Source: Vicugna vicugna (taxonomy: Eukaryota). Taken from it: a stretch of DNA of 64,000 nucleotides. Positions 61,235 to 64,000 of the stretch are shown piece by piece. The notes beneath the pieces are model-generated. The model worked only from the letters and a program-made list of their open reading frames with translations. It had not been told where the DNA came from and did not search any database. Where the stretch lies: positions 1,789,062 through 1,853,061 of the forward strand of contig MU057809.1 in NCBI GenBank assembly GCA_013265495.1, given 5' to 3'. Position numbers and translations under genes: made by a program. Positions within the stretch are counted from its first letter, which is position 1. Each line of letters opens with the position of its first letter.

Positions 61235-61632
61235 GTGGCTCATAATATAGCTGGAGTTTCTAGAGGAAAGTCCACTTCCAAATTCGTTCACTGTTGATCA
61301 GGTTCAGTTCCTTGCTGTTGTAGGACTGAGGTCCCTTTTCCATGTTGGCTGGGGCCATTCTTCTGCTCCTAAGGCTCCTAAGGTCATGTGCTTTCTCACA
61401 TGACCCCTCCATCTGTAAACCAGTAACAGCACACCACATCCTTCTCATGCTCTGAAAATCTGACTACTGCTGCTTTTAGCCAGAGAGACTTCCTGCTTTT
61501 AAGGTTTCATGTGCCCAGATCAGGCCCACTGGGATAGTCTCCCTAGCTGGAGGTTTAAAATGTGCCATACATCACAGTATTCACAGGTTCCAGAGATTGG
61601 AGTGGGACATTTTTGAAATTCTGCCTACTGCA
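61235..61632 (-). mobile_element. MLT1 (D/E-like) MaLR LTR
   Basis: tccacttccaa..ttcagttccttgctgttgtaggactgaggtcccc..ctgcttttaagg..tcaggcccact..attctgcctac. Confidence 0.8.
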
Positions 61633-64000
61633 GTGCTCATAGTTTAGTGATATTTTGACAGTTTGGGTAGAGGTTCTGCTTTATCCAGTAAAATATCTTT
61701 CCCTGCCTTTTAATTTCAGGGTTTATATGACCTGTTTCCATTTCTTCAAGCCCTTTGATCTCATATTGCTGCATATGTGACAAGGATTTTAGTCATGTGA
61801 TGTATCTCATAATGTGAAGATAAGCTTGAGAGAAATGAGTTTAAATGGACTGTTGGTCCCCATAATGAAGTATAGTATATATTGTTCTAGGGAGATGTGA
61901 ATCATGATTCTCTTTCTCACATTGCAGATTCAGGCTCAGATTATCTTTCTTGACATTCCTCTCCTTTATCTTAGCATTTGAAACCATTTAGTAGACTTTT
62001 TTTTTAAATTATAAGCAGAATGTTGTTTTTTAAAAGTACGCTTCTTACTGAAGTAGATGTACAGAAAGGTATACGAATGATATATCACTTGATAAGTTTT
62101 CACAAATGGAACACACATATGTAATTAATTCTCGAATCAAAACATTAGAACACGTACCAGTGTTCCAGAAGCCTGACTGCTGTATGGCCCCTTTGAAAGC
62201 AGTGCTTTGTTTGCCCATTAATTTGATGAACTTTTTGTCTACTTAGTCCTTTTTAAAAAATATTTTAAGAGGTAGGTATAAAAGATGACCTTTAACCTGT
62301 TTGGAGCATGGGGTAAGAGTAGTTAAGAAGTAGCCCTTGAAAGTTTGTTTCTTACAGAGGATGGGACCTTGTGAGCAAAGGTGTTGTGAGGCTAGATTCC
62401 TTATCTGCTCAGTAACAGGAAATGAACTCTCACTGTATAGCTAACTTCTAGTTATAAAAATGAGCTTTGCACTCAAAACAAGAGTAGGTTCTTAACTTTT
62501 GCTGTTAAAATAAAATAGAAACTGGAAACTGTTCTTTAAGAAAGTCATCCTAATGGGGTCAGTTTGAAGTGGTGGTTGGTTTTGTATCTTTAAGACCAGA
62601 GATTTTAGTTTTTCTCTTTAATTTTGTTAAACCTGTGCACAGCAAAAAAGTAAAGGGCGAGATTGCAGAATCTATATGTTTGAAAGTTCTTGTGGTCCAA
62701 CATTTGAAAGGAAGTCCTTTTCCCGTGCTGAATTTTTCTGTTTTAGCATACAGCAAGCTTTCCATGTTGAATTTTTCTCTTTTAACAGAGAACAAGCTCT
62801 AGGAAACTATATTCAAGCCCCATATAACAAGATAGAATTTGCTGATGGAATACCTATTCATTATGTGTCCTTAGGATTGCATTTATTGTCACCATTACAA
62901 AAAGAACCCTAGACCCACCGTGAAGGACAGCTTCTTGTCTTCCTCACCACATTTTGGTGATACTTGAGTCTCACAGGTCCGTCTTGAAACACAGATTCTG
63001 ATGTGTTATTCTAATGTAGAAATTTGACAACTTAAAGTAATAGACCATAACATAAACATTGATACTCAAAGATTCACGATCTGAGGATCAGTAGCTTATT
63101 TTTTCTTATTACTTATATTTTAGCAGTCCCATTCTTACACATAATATCCTAACCTTTGTATGTGTCATCTTAACCTATTACTTTGTATTTCTCTTAACCT
63201 CACTGATTATTGCATATATTTATACATGACATAAGTAATTTTACTTTTTATTTTCATTAATATTCAAAGGATACTAACTTTAAAAGGAGAAAAATTTGGA
63301 TACATTTTAATTTGAGAATTTAGACATTACACTTACAATTCTTTTTATTAAAATCATGTGAAAAAGCTCGTTTTATGTAATCCTGGTTTCCAGGGATCAT
63401 AATGATTTTAATTATTGAAGGTAGAATATAACAGTAACTATTTCCATCATAGAACTGTCTTAAGGTATTAAAGTGCAAATCAACAAAATAAACCAGCTTT
63501 TTGTGTAAAATTATTAGTATTGCTGAATAGTAGTTTTATATATCTTTGAAAGCACTAGAACCATTGCTGAATAATGTCTTACACATTAAAAAAAACCTGC
63601 ATAATCCTCAGACCCCTTGAAATTCTGACATTTCATTCAACTAATTTTTTGTGAGCAGGAAGAGCTTATAGATGGTGGTTATAGTAAAAGTTGCAGGCTT
63701 TTAGAAATCATGACTAGATTGCCTGAGTCAAACATTTTCCCTCTGAGAGACCTGAAAAAGACCGTCACCCTTGGTTGTATCCATATGCATTCTCTTTGGG
63801 AGAAAGAGCCCACCAAAGAAAAAGACAATTACATACTTAGGCATTTGTATATGACTTGTTAAATATCTCTTAATGTAACACCAATAAGATGGTTAGCCGC
63901 CACCGCCCCCAAACCTCCGCCTATGGCTTAGGATTTGTAAAAATGCTACTTGTTCTTTAAAAAAAAAAAGGTTGAGTGTAGAAAACTATAAAGATAGTAA

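Larger units (their letters stand above)
37783..64000 (+). other. SDK1: SDK1 intron 1 (5' part; exon 2 lies beyond the window)
   Basis: Starts at the GT donor; I did not recognise a DDVAPYFKTEP-coding exon 2 in the window; AT-rich and repeat-laden, consistent with the very long first intron of SDK1. Confidence 0.85.

Overview
Mammalian genomic DNA, most likely camelid (alpaca/vicuna/camel), judged from tRNA-derived SINEs of the camelid Vic-1 type and the absence of Alu/B1/Bov-A elements. The only protein-coding signal is the 3' end of coding exon 1 of SDK1 (sidekick cell adhesion molecule 1, + strand). It encodes ...TKLSAGRRRGWWALAALQLHLLRALAQ followed by a phase-1 donor CAAG|GTAGGC at 37782/37783. 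The exon lies in a CpG island (~36.66-38.53 kb) whose core, probably holding the TSS and ATG, is hidden by a 705-nt N gap (36994-37698). Positions 1-36.6 kb are GC/CpG-rich upstream intergenic DNA with many ancient repeats (L1M, L2, MIR, CR1/L3, MLT1, MER21, MER44, Charlie/MER5) and several repeat-free, homeobox-motif-rich blocks. Positions 37.8-64 kb are the AT-rich start of SDK1 intron 1. Best leads: (1) a candidate frame-preserving 9-nt neural microexon or recursive splice site in intron 1 (43775-43783) with an SRRM4-type UGC motif; (2) a short ERV-LTR-like sequence that seems to have been inserted by L1 machinery (14-bp TSD, TT/AAAA site, AATAAA plus A-tail) at 43180-43376; (3) a tandem duplication of a SINE with its flanks; (4) a degenerate ~16-bp minisatellite next to the SDK1 promoter. 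Repeat family names come from recalled consensus sequences, and their boundaries are approximate. Nearly all ORFs in the supplied track are spurious.
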